Part shown: piece after piece, positions 45,821 to 55,345 of the stretch
Numbering within the stretch: the first letter of the stretch is position 1
Layout of the letters: every line of letters starts with the position of its first letter
Origin: a virus
Reading direction: 5' to 3' (one strand)
Length of the DNA: 64,000 nt
Virus record (IMG/VR): IMGVR_UViG_3300002134_000110
Notes under the pieces: model-generated
Database searches by the model: none
Seen by the model: only the letters and a program-made list of their open reading frames with translations
Told to the model about the DNA's origin: nothing
Program-made: the position numbers and the translations under genes

Positions 45821-46047
45821 TTCTTTTTAAATAAAGGCGCTTTATTGCCAACAGACATTTGTCTTTGCTCTTGTGTTCCATAAATTCCTTGTGCGGCTTG
45901 AGTAACACTATCATTAAAGACAGGTTGAGCAGCGCCAAGTGTATTGCTAGGAGCAGGTGGGACCATAGTAGTCTCAACAGGCATACCCGTATTTGGGTCT
46001 ACCATCTGTGTTGTTGGATCTATCATTTGTTGTGCCGGATTATACAT
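45814..46047 (-). CDS. hypothetical Pro/Gln-rich protein (77 aa)
   Basis: ATG ORF; ends KAPLFKKKC. Confidence 0.4.
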   Translation of the reverse strand: MYNPAQQMIDPTTQMVDPNTGMPVETTMVPPAPSNTLGAAQPVFNDSVTQAAQGIYGTQEQRQMSVGNKAPLFKKKC

Positions 46048-46048
46048 A

Positions 46049-46495
46049 TTATCTATTTTTATCGTTATTAACGTTATTTATTGCAGTTTTTTTAACTATA
46101 TCCATGTAAGTTTTACCTTTCATTATTTTATTTCTTCTATGACTTGTAGGTATATCTTCTCCTCCCAACATAATACGATACATTCTACTTATTAGTTGTC
46201 TGCACTTAAATGAAACTTTATATATATGATATTTTTGCGTGGTATGGTTTCTTTTTCTCCAAACCGTAACCCATCCTTCTTTCAATAATCTGTTCCAGCG
46301 CGTGTTGTCCCAACTATAAGCATACGTACCGATTTTATAATCTTGTTTGGTAAAAAAATCCATACAATCAAAGTAGATCAGTAATTCTAAGTCTGCATCA
46401 GTTAAGTCATTGTTTCTACCAGCCCATTGTCTTATTATCCGATAATGTTTTAACAAGTTTAACTCCCTAAGGTCACCTGCTTCTAGCCTTTTCAT
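46049..46495 (-). CDS. hypothetical protein (148 aa)
   Basis: ATGA overlap with the GroES-like gene; basic, possibly DNA-binding, but no motif assigned. Confidence 0.55.
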   Translation of the reverse strand: MKRLEAGDLRELNLLKHYRIIRQWAGRNNDLTDADLELLIYFDCMDFFTKQDYKIGTYAYSWDNTRWNRLLKEGWVTVWRKRNHTTQKYHIYKVSFKCRQLISRMYRIMLGGEDIPTSHRRNKIMKGKTYMDIVKKTAINNVNNDKNR

Positions 46496-46752
46496 AGAAC
46501 AACGACTACATCCTGTAGTTTTATAATATGATAAACATTTTTTTTAATATCTATCTTGTGTCCAGCATGGCGATCATAATAAATTTTATCACCTTCTTTA
46601 ATACCAGCTGTATCATTACCAACAGAAATTACATCAGCTAATATATACCTAATATCATCTCTTTGGTTTTCAGCAAGAAGTAAACCACCTTTTGTGGTTG
46701 TCGTACCTTCTTTAACTTTTTGTATGATTAAATTACTACCTATTGCTTTCAT
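46492..46752 (-). CDS. groES: co-chaperonin GroES/Cpn10-like
   Basis: NLIIQKVKEGTTTTKGGLLLAE...ADVISVGND...IKEGDKIYYDRHAGHKIDIKKNVYHIIKLQDVVVVL follows the Cpn10 pattern; immediately downstream of GroEL. Confidence 0.65.
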   Translation of the reverse strand: MKAIGSNLIIQKVKEGTTTTKGGLLLAENQRDDIRYILADVISVGNDTAGIKEGDKIYYDRHAGHKIDIKKNVYHIIKLQDVVVVL

Positions 46753-48292
46753 TAACCCTTAAGTTATTAATTACACAATCCGTAGATAAAATAGTTGTAG
46801 CTACTGATGCTGCATTTCTTAATGCACTTTTGGTAACTAATAGAGGATCAATGATCCCGTGTTTAATCATATTAACTTTTTTGCCAGTTATCACATTTAG
46901 ACCCATTCCATCCCCCATTGCGGATTCCTTATACTCTATACCCGCATTCTCTAATATGGTCTTAAACGGCGCCTTAATAGCGTCTAGGAGAGCTTGCTCC
47001 CCTACTGACTTAGCTTTTATATTTTCCGATGCGTTTAATAAAGCAATTCCACCACCAGGTACAATACCTTCTTTGATCGCAGCTTTAGTTGCGCAGATAG
47101 CATCTTCTACCCTATCTTTCTTTTCTTTTAATTCTATTTCTGAATTAGCACCTACTTTTACTATAGCTATTTTAGCTGCTAGTCTTGCTAATCTTTTTTC
47201 AAGCTTTACTATTTCGTAAGGCTCTTTAGTTGTGACAAGTTTTTCTTTAATACCTTTTATAGTATTTTGAACCTCTTCTGAAACTTCTCCAACTTGTAAT
47301 ATTGTTTCTTCGTCTGTAGTTACACTTTTTATACAATTACCTAGGTATTGAGGATTAATTAAATCTAAATCATCTCCTAAGTCTTCGTTTATAATAGTAG
47401 CACCAGTTAGCATTGCAAGATCATCTAATGTTTCTTTTTTAGCTACACCATATGTTGGTGCATTGATAACATTAATCTTTAAATTACCTTTAACTTTATT
47501 CATTGCTAAAGTTGCAAGTACTGGTTGGTCTATGTCTGCAATTACAAGTAAAGACTTATTACCTTTTATAACAAACTCTAGCACGCTTTGAATTTGTCTA
47601 ATATTATCAATTGGTGATTCAACTAATAATACATAAGGGTTTTCTAATTCAGCAACTCTTTGACTTTTGCTTGTAACAAAATGTGAGTTCGTTAGCCCTT
47701 TGTTATATTGTACTCCGTCAACTATTTCTACTGCTGTAGTACCATCTGACGATGTTTCCATCATAACTACCCCCGTTTCATCAACTGCTCTAAAAGCATC
47801 ACCGATTAGTTTACCGAGCTCTGCATCGTTGTTTGTTGATATAGTTGCAATTTGATCTATCATATCGCCACTAACATCTACTGAAATTGACTCTAAGTAT
47901 TTAACTACTTTTTCAACAGCGTTGTCTATACCTATTTTTAAATCTCTTGAACTAATTTTATCAGCTACATTGTAAGCTTCAGTTAGTATAGAGTGCGCTA
48001 ATACAGTTGCGGTTGTTGTACCATCACCTGCTTCGCTTACGGTTTTTCTAGCAGCTTCTTTTAAAAGTGTAGCCCCCATATTTTCTACAGGATCTAATAG
48101 TATAATACTATCTGCTACTGTTACACCGTCTTTTGTTATAATTGGTCTTCCATTTCCATCTTCTAGCATCACACATTTACCGCTAGCCCCGAGCGTGGAG
48201 CTAACGGCTTTTGTGAGTTTTGTGATACCTTCAAATACTTTATCCTTAGCCTCGTTACCGAAACTTAGGTTCTTGACAATTGCGTCTGACAT
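46736..48292 (-). CDS. groEL: chaperonin GroEL/Cpn60-like (518 aa, no GGM tail)
   Basis: AGDGTTTATVLA nucleotide-binding loop, VPGGGIALL, KLEKRLARLA and an equatorial/apical/equatorial layout recognisable by eye. Confidence 0.9.
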   Translation of the reverse strand: MSDAIVKNLSFGNEAKDKVFEGITKLTKAVSSTLGASGKCVMLEDGNGRPIITKDGVTVADSIILLDPVENMGATLLKEAARKTVSEAGDGTTTATVLAHSILTEAYNVADKISSRDLKIGIDNAVEKVVKYLESISVDVSGDMIDQIATISTNNDAELGKLIGDAFRAVDETGVVMMETSSDGTTAVEIVDGVQYNKGLTNSHFVTSKSQRVAELENPYVLLVESPIDNIRQIQSVLEFVIKGNKSLLVIADIDQPVLATLAMNKVKGNLKINVINAPTYGVAKKETLDDLAMLTGATIINEDLGDDLDLINPQYLGNCIKSVTTDEETILQVGEVSEEVQNTIKGIKEKLVTTKEPYEIVKLEKRLARLAAKIAIVKVGANSEIELKEKKDRVEDAICATKAAIKEGIVPGGGIALLNASENIKAKSVGEQALLDAIKAPFKTILENAGIEYKESAMGDGMGLNVITGKKVNMIKHGIIDPLLVTKSALRNAASVATTILSTDCVINNLRVNESNR

Positions 48293-48322
48293 AATTTAAT
48301 TTAATTTGATTGAAGTAGTATT

Positions 48323-48613
48323 TTATTTAAAGGTTTTAACGACTTTAGGCCCGTCTAAGAATTCCAGCTTTTTAGCGTAATGCTCTACTGTTGAATCAAT
48401 AGCAGCTTCAGCACCAGTAACTGTTTCTCTTCTGGTTACGTCGTTCCAAGTATCTTTATTTTCTAGATCTTGGTATTCGGTTTGAAAAAAACCGTTTGGT
48501 AATTGGGTGATTCTCCAGTTAGCTTTAGTAGCAATATGCTTCCATAGCTCCTTGGTTTCATCGGTGATTTGTGGTTCACTACTCCACGAATGAGTGCGGT
48601 AAAAAAGTGTCAT
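48323..48613 (-). CDS. hypothetical protein (96 aa)
   Basis: ATG ORF in the late arm. Confidence 0.55.
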   Translation of the reverse strand: MTLFYRTHSWSSEPQITDETKELWKHIATKANWRITQLPNGFFQTEYQDLENKDTWNDVTRRETVTGAEAAIDSTVEHYAKKLEFLDGPKVVKTFK

Positions 48614-48664
48614 TGGTTTTGGTTTATTGTTAATAGTTATAAGATTACGTGTTTTTTGGTTTTT

Positions 48665-49651
48665 TTAAGCAGTATATGTACCACTCGATGTATAAGTTAG
48701 TATTGTATCGCTTCCATATGTTGTTACAGCAGGCGAACCTGTTGTAGTGCCTGTATAGTTTGCAGTTGGTATACGGAGTATAACTACTCCTGAACCCCCT
48801 GCCATTCCAGATGCTGACTTTCTTCCTCCGCCGCCAGATCCTTTGTTTGTTGCTCCGTTTGTGTCCACAGGCGTAGCTCCATTTGAAGCGGTTCCATTAT
48901 TACTGCCCCTTGCTGCTCCGCCACCAGCATAATATATTGAAGATCCTGTAATATTATTTAAAATACCCTCGCCTCCGTTTCCTCCAGAAGATGAAGTTGC
49001 ATTACCACCTACTGTTCCAGCTCCTCCGCCGCCTCCGCCGCCGATATAATTACTAGAAGCTGTACCTCCATTATTTCCTTGGCCAAGCGTGCCACCACCC
49101 CCAACACCCGCGTACAATGCTCCTCCACCACCTGAACCACCGTCTATACCTGCTCGAGCTGGGGTTGAATTACCAGCGCCACCTCCGCCACCGATAGAAA
49201 TAATGGGTGTTTCATTAGCTGCTTGAATAGAAGAAGACCCTCCATTGCCTCCTTCATAACCAAAGTCTTCTAATTGTACGCCAGCTGCTCCGCCTGCTCC
49301 AACCGTTATTGTATAAGACGTTGGAGGAGTTAATGAATATCCAGTTGAAGTAAGCAATCCTCCAGCTCCTCCACCTCCACTATAATATCCTGTCCGACCA
49401 CCACCACCTGAGCCGCCACCTCCAGCAACTACTAAATAGTCAACTGCATAAGGCAATGGAACAAGCGTATCCAAAGTCAACCACTCTGTGCCATCGTATG
49501 TTTCCATAACAACTTCAGTGGTGTTAAATCTAATATACCCAGCTACAGGAGATACAGGACGCTGCCCTGTTGTTCCTTTAGGAAATGCAGTTGCACCTGT
49601 AGACGAATCTAACTCTAATAAATCTGGGTGGTTTATTTTTGTAGTCGCCAT
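48665..49651 (-). CDS. glycine-rich tail fibre/spike paralogue (328 aa)
   Basis: N-terminus MATTKINHPDLLELDSSTGATAFPKGTTGQRPVSPVAGYIRFNT...YDGTEWL shared with 50047 and 51040. Long GGGG(S/A)GG tracts and a C-terminal GGSGVVILRIP. Confidence 0.7.
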   Translation of the reverse strand: MATTKINHPDLLELDSSTGATAFPKGTTGQRPVSPVAGYIRFNTTEVVMETYDGTEWLTLDTLVPLPYAVDYLVVAGGGGSGGGGRTGYYSGGGGAGGLLTSTGYSLTPPTSYTITVGAGGAAGVQLEDFGYEGGNGGSSSIQAANETPIISIGGGGGAGNSTPARAGIDGGSGGGGALYAGVGGGGTLGQGNNGGTASSNYIGGGGGGGAGTVGGNATSSSGGNGGEGILNNITGSSIYYAGGGAARGSNNGTASNGATPVDTNGATNKGSGGGGRKSASGMAGGSGVVILRIPTANYTGTTTGSPAVTTYGSDTILTYTSSGTYTA

Positions 49652-49652
49652 A

Positions 49653-50036
49653 TTACTCTTCTATAATTACTTCTTCCCAATTTAAAATTTCTTCATTCCA
49701 TTTGTATAACTTACCGTCTGTTGGATAAGGTACTGGTGAATCCCAAAGACAAGTGTCTTCGTTCAATGTCCAGCTATTAAATGGTTGAGGTGGAATAAAA
49801 GCATCTCTTGTAGAATCGTAAGTGTAACCAATACCAGCATAGTTTTTTCTAAGTACCTTAGATTGGTTTTTGCTTGGCTCGTTAGTGTTAGGGGCATAAT
49901 GCACTCCACCTCTTGTATTATAAGAAGTCTGAATCCATTGCCCTGGACTATCGTCTACGAAGTTGTTAAAAAAATCTGCTTCAGCTACAATTACCCTTGT
50001 AACTATTCCGTTTGAAACTTTTGCAAAGTGTCCCAT
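49653..50036 (-). CDS. hypothetical protein (127 aa) interleaved with the fibre paralogues
   Basis: MGHFAKVSNGIVTRVIVAEADFF...WIQTSYNTRGGVHY; chaperone-like by position. Confidence 0.5.
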   Translation of the reverse strand: MGHFAKVSNGIVTRVIVAEADFFNNFVDDSPGQWIQTSYNTRGGVHYAPNTNEPSKNQSKVLRKNYAGIGYTYDSTRDAFIPPQPFNSWTLNEDTCLWDSPVPYPTDGKLYKWNEEILNWEEVIIEE

Positions 50037-50046
50037 ATATATATAT

Positions 50047-51036
50047 TTAAATTTGAAATCTTAATATCACTATTCCTGAACCACCCGAAGCAGAAACTCC
50101 ACCTCCGTCAGATCCACTTCCACCGCCTCCACCAGTATTAGGTGTGCCGGCTACTCCATTTCTATTATTAGGTTGAAATCCACCTCTTCCACCGCCACCT
50201 AGTCCTCCAATATTTCCACTTGTACTACCAACAGGTATACCAGCGGCACCACCGCCTGCATAGTAGCCGTTATCTGCGCCAGTAGAAGTAGCTGTAGCCC
50301 ATGCGGAATACGTGTTAATGCCATTCCCCCCAGGTGTTGCTATTCCGGTTGCGCTTGGGGGTGTTCCATTGTTTCCAGCCCCACCGCCTGATCCACCTAC
50401 CCTTGAATCACCATTACCACCATCATTTCCTTGACCAGTAGTTCCGTTTCCAGCAGATCCAGATACAGGACCAGCTCCACCACCGGAACCCCCGTTGTTT
50501 CCGCTATCATTACTAGCTGCGCCGCCTGCTCCACCTCCAATAGCAACATTTGAATTAAAAGATGAAGAATCTCCATTAGAATTTACTCCACCACCTCCGC
50601 CAACAACAACTGTATAATTTCCAGTGCTTAGTTCTTGTGAAGCATAAAGTAATCCACCAGCACCTCCGCCTCCACCGCAATTAGCGGTGCCATCAGAAGA
50701 TCCCGCACCACCTCCGCCAGCTATAATTAAAGATTGAATAGTTGCCGTTCCCGTTATTCCAAAAGTTCCTCCCGTTGTAAACGTGTGATACCTATACCCG
50801 TCACTTTCAACAATAGTTCCTCCTGTAGTAATTGGTACATTTGAAACAGCATTAATCTTCCTCCACTCTGTACCATTATAGGTTTCAAGTTTTGTTTCGT
50901 CTATCTCAGAGTTATGGCGTAGTGTTCCTTCAACAGGATTAGATGGTCTTTGAGCTGTAGTACCTTTAGGTAATCCTAATGCACCAGTGTCTGAACCTAA
51001 GTCTAATAAATCGTTTGTTATTTTAGTTAATGCCAT
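50047..51036 (-). CDS. glycine-rich tail fibre/spike paralogue (329 aa)
   Basis: MALTKITNDLLDLGSDTGALGLPKGTTAQRPSNPVEGTLRHN; Gly tracts; C-terminal GGSGIVILRF. Confidence 0.7.
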   Translation of the reverse strand: MALTKITNDLLDLGSDTGALGLPKGTTAQRPSNPVEGTLRHNSEIDETKLETYNGTEWRKINAVSNVPITTGGTIVESDGYRYHTFTTGGTFGITGTATIQSLIIAGGGGAGSSDGTANCGGGGGAGGLLYASQELSTGNYTVVVGGGGGVNSNGDSSSFNSNVAIGGGAGGAASNDSGNNGGSGGGAGPVSGSAGNGTTGQGNDGGNGDSRVGGSGGGAGNNGTPPSATGIATPGGNGINTYSAWATATSTGADNGYYAGGGAAGIPVGSTSGNIGGLGGGGRGGFQPNNRNGVAGTPNTGGGGGSGSDGGGVSASGGSGIVILRFQI

Positions 51037-51039
51037 AAT

Positions 51040-52083
51040 CTATGCTGTATAAGTTCCAGAACTTGTATATTTTAATACTGTATAGCTTCCGTCAGTAGTT
51101 ACAGTTGGTGCACCAGTTGTTGTACCAGAGTATTGCGATGTTAAAAGTCTTAGTATTACTACTCCTGAACCGCCAGACCAACGAGATTGAATGTTTGCTA
51201 TGCTTCCACCGCCTCCGCCTCCGCCTCCAGTGTTTGCTTGCCCTGCGCTTCCTTCTGTAATAACTCCTCCTGTAGATACAGAATGTCTTGAGCCATTTCC
51301 TCCGCCAGATGTAGCAACACCTCCAGTAGAATCACCTCCAGTACCGCCGCCGCCGCCTGCTCTGCTTACTAAAGAACCTGTTATGTTTGAAGAAACTCCA
51401 TTTCCTCCGTTTCCTCCGTTACTTGATGAATTAGCTGGGCTGCCGCCAATAGAACCCGCTCCGCCTCCTCCTGCGGAAGAATAATTTACTGCCATTGCAA
51501 AAGCATTTCCACCAGCATAACCTTGACCAGTTGTTCCAGCAGCGCCTAAAAGAGTATTACCTCCATTTGTAGAACTACCACCGCCTCCTCCTGACCCGCC
51601 GCTTAAAGCAGGTATATAAGTTGAATTACCACCACCAGCACCACCTTGTCCTCCTCCTAAAGACTCTATTGTACTAAAAACAGAAGACGAACCAGAAGTT
51701 GTAGAGCTACCAGCTCCAATAGTTATAACATAAGAAGTACCAGGAATTAATGTAAGTGAACTTTCTGCGGCAGAACCACCTCCTGATGTTGCACCATAAG
51801 ATGTTCTAAGACCTCCTGCTCCGCCGCCACCACCAAAATATCCTGCTCCACCGCCACCACCAGCAATTACTAAGTAATCAACTAATATAGCCGGGCCTTG
51901 ACTCTTAACCTGCTTCCATTGTGTTCCGTTATAATACTCAATAACATTGTCATCGGTATTCTCACGAACCATACCAGCAACAGGAGATGAAGGCCTTTGT
52001 GCAGTAGTACCTTTAGGTAGGTTTAAACTGCTTGTGCTTTCACCAAGCGCTAATAAATCGTTTGTTACTTTTGTTAATGCCAT
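51040..52083 (-). CDS. glycine-rich tail fibre/spike paralogue (347 aa)
   Basis: MALTKVTNDLLALGESTSSLNLPKGTTAQRPSSPVAGMVRENT; Gly tracts; C-terminal GGSGVVILRL...YTSSGTYTA, the same ending as 48665. Confidence 0.7.
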   Translation of the reverse strand: MALTKVTNDLLALGESTSSLNLPKGTTAQRPSSPVAGMVRENTDDNVIEYYNGTQWKQVKSQGPAILVDYLVIAGGGGGAGYFGGGGGAGGLRTSYGATSGGGSAAESSLTLIPGTSYVITIGAGSSTTSGSSSVFSTIESLGGGQGGAGGGNSTYIPALSGGSGGGGGSSTNGGNTLLGAAGTTGQGYAGGNAFAMAVNYSSAGGGGAGSIGGSPANSSSNGGNGGNGVSSNITGSLVSRAGGGGGTGGDSTGGVATSGGGNGSRHSVSTGGVITEGSAGQANTGGGGGGGGSIANIQSRWSGGSGVVILRLLTSQYSGTTTGAPTVTTDGSYTVLKYTSSGTYTA

Positions 52084-52091
52084 TGTTTTAT

Positions 52092-54782
52092 TTAAAATTG
52101 ATTAGCAAATGCCATATAGATATAATTGTTTGTACCCGCGTCATTAACATCTCCAGATGTTCCGTTTACTGTGAAGCCTAATGGATTGAAGTCAACACTT
52201 AAGGTTGTAACATCGTTAGCCGCATTATTTAAGTTTGCATATAAATTATTAGTTACTGGATTTGTTGGATTTCTTTTATTGTCTTTCATTACCCAATTCC
52301 CTGCTCCACCACCACTTCTTTTAATCATTACAAAAGCTGGCTCAAATCCTGTTGCTACGTAATTACCCGAAGCATCTGTTCCTGAATAACTACCAAATTT
52401 ACTGAACCCTGCAACCTCTGCAAAGCAGTAGGCTATGAAAGGAACATTTGCGGTAAAATACCATTGAGAATTTCCAACGCCTACAACAGAATCTGTTGAT
52501 GACCATTTATCTGCTCCATAAGCGGTAATGGCTGCATCAGTACCATTTAACTTTAAAGCAACATCAAATCCATTTGCAATAGCACTTGTATAAGTGTACC
52601 ACTCGCCTACTTGACTTGTGAATTTTGTAATTACTAATTTAGGAGCGGAATCTAATCCGTGTCCAAAATTTAAGTAACCACTTCCATTTGATTTTGTAGA
52701 AACAATACTAAACCCAGCAGCAGGATTTGCACTAACAACAGAAGGAATGCTACCGTTACTGTTTATAGCAGGTAGTTCTGCTCCTTTCCAAGCCCAAGCT
52801 ACATAATTACTGCCTATTGTTTCAGTATAATTAACTGTAAAACCATCTGTGTCTAAACTTTGACTATATGAAACAGGTGTTGTCTCTGCAGATGTACTAT
52901 TTGAATATAAAGTTTTAGGCAATCCTCTAACGCTGTCAACTATTTGGTGAAACCAAGTTGCTGTTCTATTTTTAGTCCAAAGTAAATCTGGTTGAAATCC
53001 TAAGCCTGTTACACTTTGACTGCCACCTGTTGAAGTAAACAAAACAGTATTAAAACTGTCCTCTAAAGAAGGTTCTATTGTAGTAGGGTCAGCAGCAAAT
53101 GCCATATAGATGTATGAACCTCCATTAGCGTTTACTCCTGAATCAGTTGAAATAACATTAAATCCATTTTCTAAAAACGTAAATCCATTCCCTAAATTAC
53201 CTATTTCTTCTGCAGCACTACTATTAGGAAATAAAGCTAAATTAACAGGAGACGAAGGGCTTCTCTTATTATCAAATACAAGCCAATTATCGCCCGAATC
53301 AGTTCTTCTTACTAATAAAAAAGCAGGCTCAAATCCCGTTACAATAGTATTACCACTTGCTCCTGTACCAACATACGAACCAAAGTTTGAGAAACCTTCT
53401 ACTTCTGCAAAGCAGTAGGCTATGAATTGCAAAGTACTGCTGCTTGATATACTATAAAATAAATTATCTGTTGGTATATAATTTGAAGGATAATCGCCTT
53501 TTGCTGCTGTAGTATTTAAAAATAAATAATCAGCAGAACCATCAATAGCAGTAGTTAGTACTATCCAATCTCCAACAGCATTTCTGCCTTTGTAAATAAT
53601 CATTTTAGGAGCTGAATCTAAACCGTGTCCAACGCTTGCTCCATCTGTTCCATTAGCTGTATAACTAACAACACTAAATCCTGCTTCTGTATTAGCAGAT
53701 ACTTGACTTGTTATTGTTCCGTCTGTGTTTGATACTGTCGCACCTCCTGCTTTCCAGTTCCAGCCAACCATTGAATATCCATTACCATTTACAGCGGAAC
53801 CATTGCCAACTGTAAAACCATTTGAATCAAAAGAATTAACGCCATAAGTTCCACCAAAGTTGTTTTCAGCAGCAGTTGTATCTGATCTTAAAAACAAATC
53901 AACGCCTCTTACGGTGTCAAAAAGAGAATGAGATTCAGTAAGTGTTCTTTGTTTTATCCAAACAAAATCAGGTTGAAACCCTACGCCTGTTATAGATTGC
54001 GTACCACCATTACCTGTATATAAAACAGTATTAAAATGCTCACTTGGTACAATAGTAGGTGTACAATATTCTTCTGTATATAAAGCCGCTACTTCGTAAG
54101 GTCTTAATGCTCTGTTGAATATTCTTACTTGGTCTATTGAGCCGTTTAAATAGTTTTGATAAACAGAAGAATTCGTGTAATAATTAGCTCCAATAGTAAC
54201 CCTTTGGTTTGTTGTTCCGTTCCAAGCATTAGGTGTATTTTGTGAAGCTATAAAAATATTATCTACATAAAAGTTTAAATTATTTGTACCTGAATCAAAA
54301 GTAACTACAACATTGTGCCAAGAATTGTCATTATAACTATTTGTAGAACTAATTACATAAGTAGTTCCGCTATATCTTGAAACAATATCTATTGTTCCAT
54401 TTGAAGCCATCTCAATAATACAATTAAAAGAATTTGTTGCAAAATCCGAAAACAAATCACTCATAGTTGTAGTGCCTGTTTTAAACCATAGCGAAACAGT
54501 AAAAGAATTTTTAGCACCAAATAAACCGCCTAAAGTACTAACTCCATTCCCTAAGTTGATGTAATTGTTAGAGCCATTCAATACTGCTGCTTGCCCAAAT
54601 ACGCCTGTTCCATAAGAAGCTGTACCGCCCCAAGTACCATCATAATTACCACTCTCATCAGTAGCATCGCCATTTAATTGATACAAAGCAACACCACCAC
54701 CATCGGGAAATGGATTGTATAAATCTACTGTATTAGTGCAACCACCACCAGCGTTAGTGTTAATCAATTTGTTACCAAACAT
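52092..54782 (-). CDS. LamG/concanavalin-like domain fibre protein with a duplicated ~300-aa module (896 aa)
   Basis: The N-terminal LYQLNGDATDESGN ... FTVSLWFKT ... GSIDQVRIFNRALRPYEVAALY fits a LamG-type jelly roll. Two copies follow of FNTVL(Y/F)T..GG(T/S)QS(I/V)TG(V/L)GFQPD..W.K.RT. Confidence 0.7.
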   Translation of the reverse strand: MFGNKLINTNAGGGCTNTVDLYNPFPDGGGVALYQLNGDATDESGNYDGTWGGTASYGTGVFGQAAVLNGSNNYINLGNGVSTLGGLFGAKNSFTVSLWFKTGTTTMSDLFSDFATNSFNCIIEMASNGTIDIVSRYSGTTYVISSTNSYNDNSWHNVVVTFDSGTNNLNFYVDNIFIASQNTPNAWNGTTNQRVTIGANYYTNSSVYQNYLNGSIDQVRIFNRALRPYEVAALYTEEYCTPTIVPSEHFNTVLYTGNGGTQSITGVGFQPDFVWIKQRTLTESHSLFDTVRGVDLFLRSDTTAAENNFGGTYGVNSFDSNGFTVGNGSAVNGNGYSMVGWNWKAGGATVSNTDGTITSQVSANTEAGFSVVSYTANGTDGASVGHGLDSAPKMIIYKGRNAVGDWIVLTTAIDGSADYLFLNTTAAKGDYPSNYIPTDNLFYSISSSSTLQFIAYCFAEVEGFSNFGSYVGTGASGNTIVTGFEPAFLLVRRTDSGDNWLVFDNKRSPSSPVNLALFPNSSAAEEIGNLGNGFTFLENGFNVISTDSGVNANGGSYIYMAFAADPTTIEPSLEDSFNTVLFTSTGGSQSVTGLGFQPDLLWTKNRTATWFHQIVDSVRGLPKTLYSNSTSAETTPVSYSQSLDTDGFTVNYTETIGSNYVAWAWKGAELPAINSNGSIPSVVSANPAAGFSIVSTKSNGSGYLNFGHGLDSAPKLVITKFTSQVGEWYTYTSAIANGFDVALKLNGTDAAITAYGADKWSSTDSVVGVGNSQWYFTANVPFIAYCFAEVAGFSKFGSYSGTDASGNYVATGFEPAFVMIKRSGGGAGNWVMKDNKRNPTNPVTNNLYANLNNAANDVTTLSVDFNPLGFTVNGTSGDVNDAGTNNYIYMAFANQF

Positions 54783-54783
54783 A

Positions 54784-55344
54784 TTACTCTGTTATAGGTT
54801 CACCTAATAAATCTTCTTGTGGGAAAAATGTATGCGTATACTTTAAAACTTCAACATAAGACGTTAGAGCAGTTATTTCAGCTTCAAACGTATTTGACTT
54901 AGTCACAATATCTAAACGGTCCTTAGAAACGTTCTGAGGTATTTCTACGGCTCTTTCAGCTAATCTTGTAACATACCAGTCTGTTGGAGATAGCAATTTA
55001 CCGGTCTCTGTTTTAATAGCCTGTATTTTTGACTGCTTTAAAGCTTCGGTGTCATAAACAGGTTTTGTCTCAATAACATTACCTTCTTCATCTTTAATCT
55101 CTGTTACAGCGGCAAAATCAATATCCTCAACTGTATGAGTAAAGATTTCTTTAGCAGCATCAAAGAACATAGCTGACAAACGCTGTGTTTGGCTATCGTG
55201 TGAGGGGGTAACTACATCGTAGAAACCAAATGCTTTTGGGTCTGCTACTTTTGTAAAGTTTAAATGTAAACCTTTGTCATCTTCCCATGTTGATGGTAGA
55301 CGCCTGTATGTTTTAATGTTACCGTTTATTTCTATTGCTTTCAT
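54784..55344 (-). CDS. hypothetical protein (186 aa), fibre-assembly-like C-terminal motif
   Basis: LSPTDWYVTRLAERAVEIPQNV resembles tail-fibre-assembly chaperone motifs. The ATG at 55344 lies 2 nt past the previous stop; the track start at 55392 overlaps. Confidence 0.45.
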   Translation of the reverse strand: MKAIEINGNIKTYRRLPSTWEDDKGLHLNFTKVADPKAFGFYDVVTPSHDSQTQRLSAMFFDAAKEIFTHTVEDIDFAAVTEIKDEEGNVIETKPVYDTEALKQSKIQAIKTETGKLLSPTDWYVTRLAERAVEIPQNVSKDRLDIVTKSNTFEAEITALTSYVEVLKYTHTFFPQEDLLGEPITE

Positions 55345-55345
55345 A

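Noticed and set aside
51191-51484. Plus-strand ORF encoding poly-Pro (PPPPPPPPPV...), and similar ORFs at 56276..56521, 57768..58277, 58656..59150, 53110..53418, 62000..62272 and 61580..61897
   Set aside because: These are antisense shadows of the Gly/Thr/Val-rich fibre genes (GGN read as NCC). The sense frames are far longer and have coherent repeats and paralogues.
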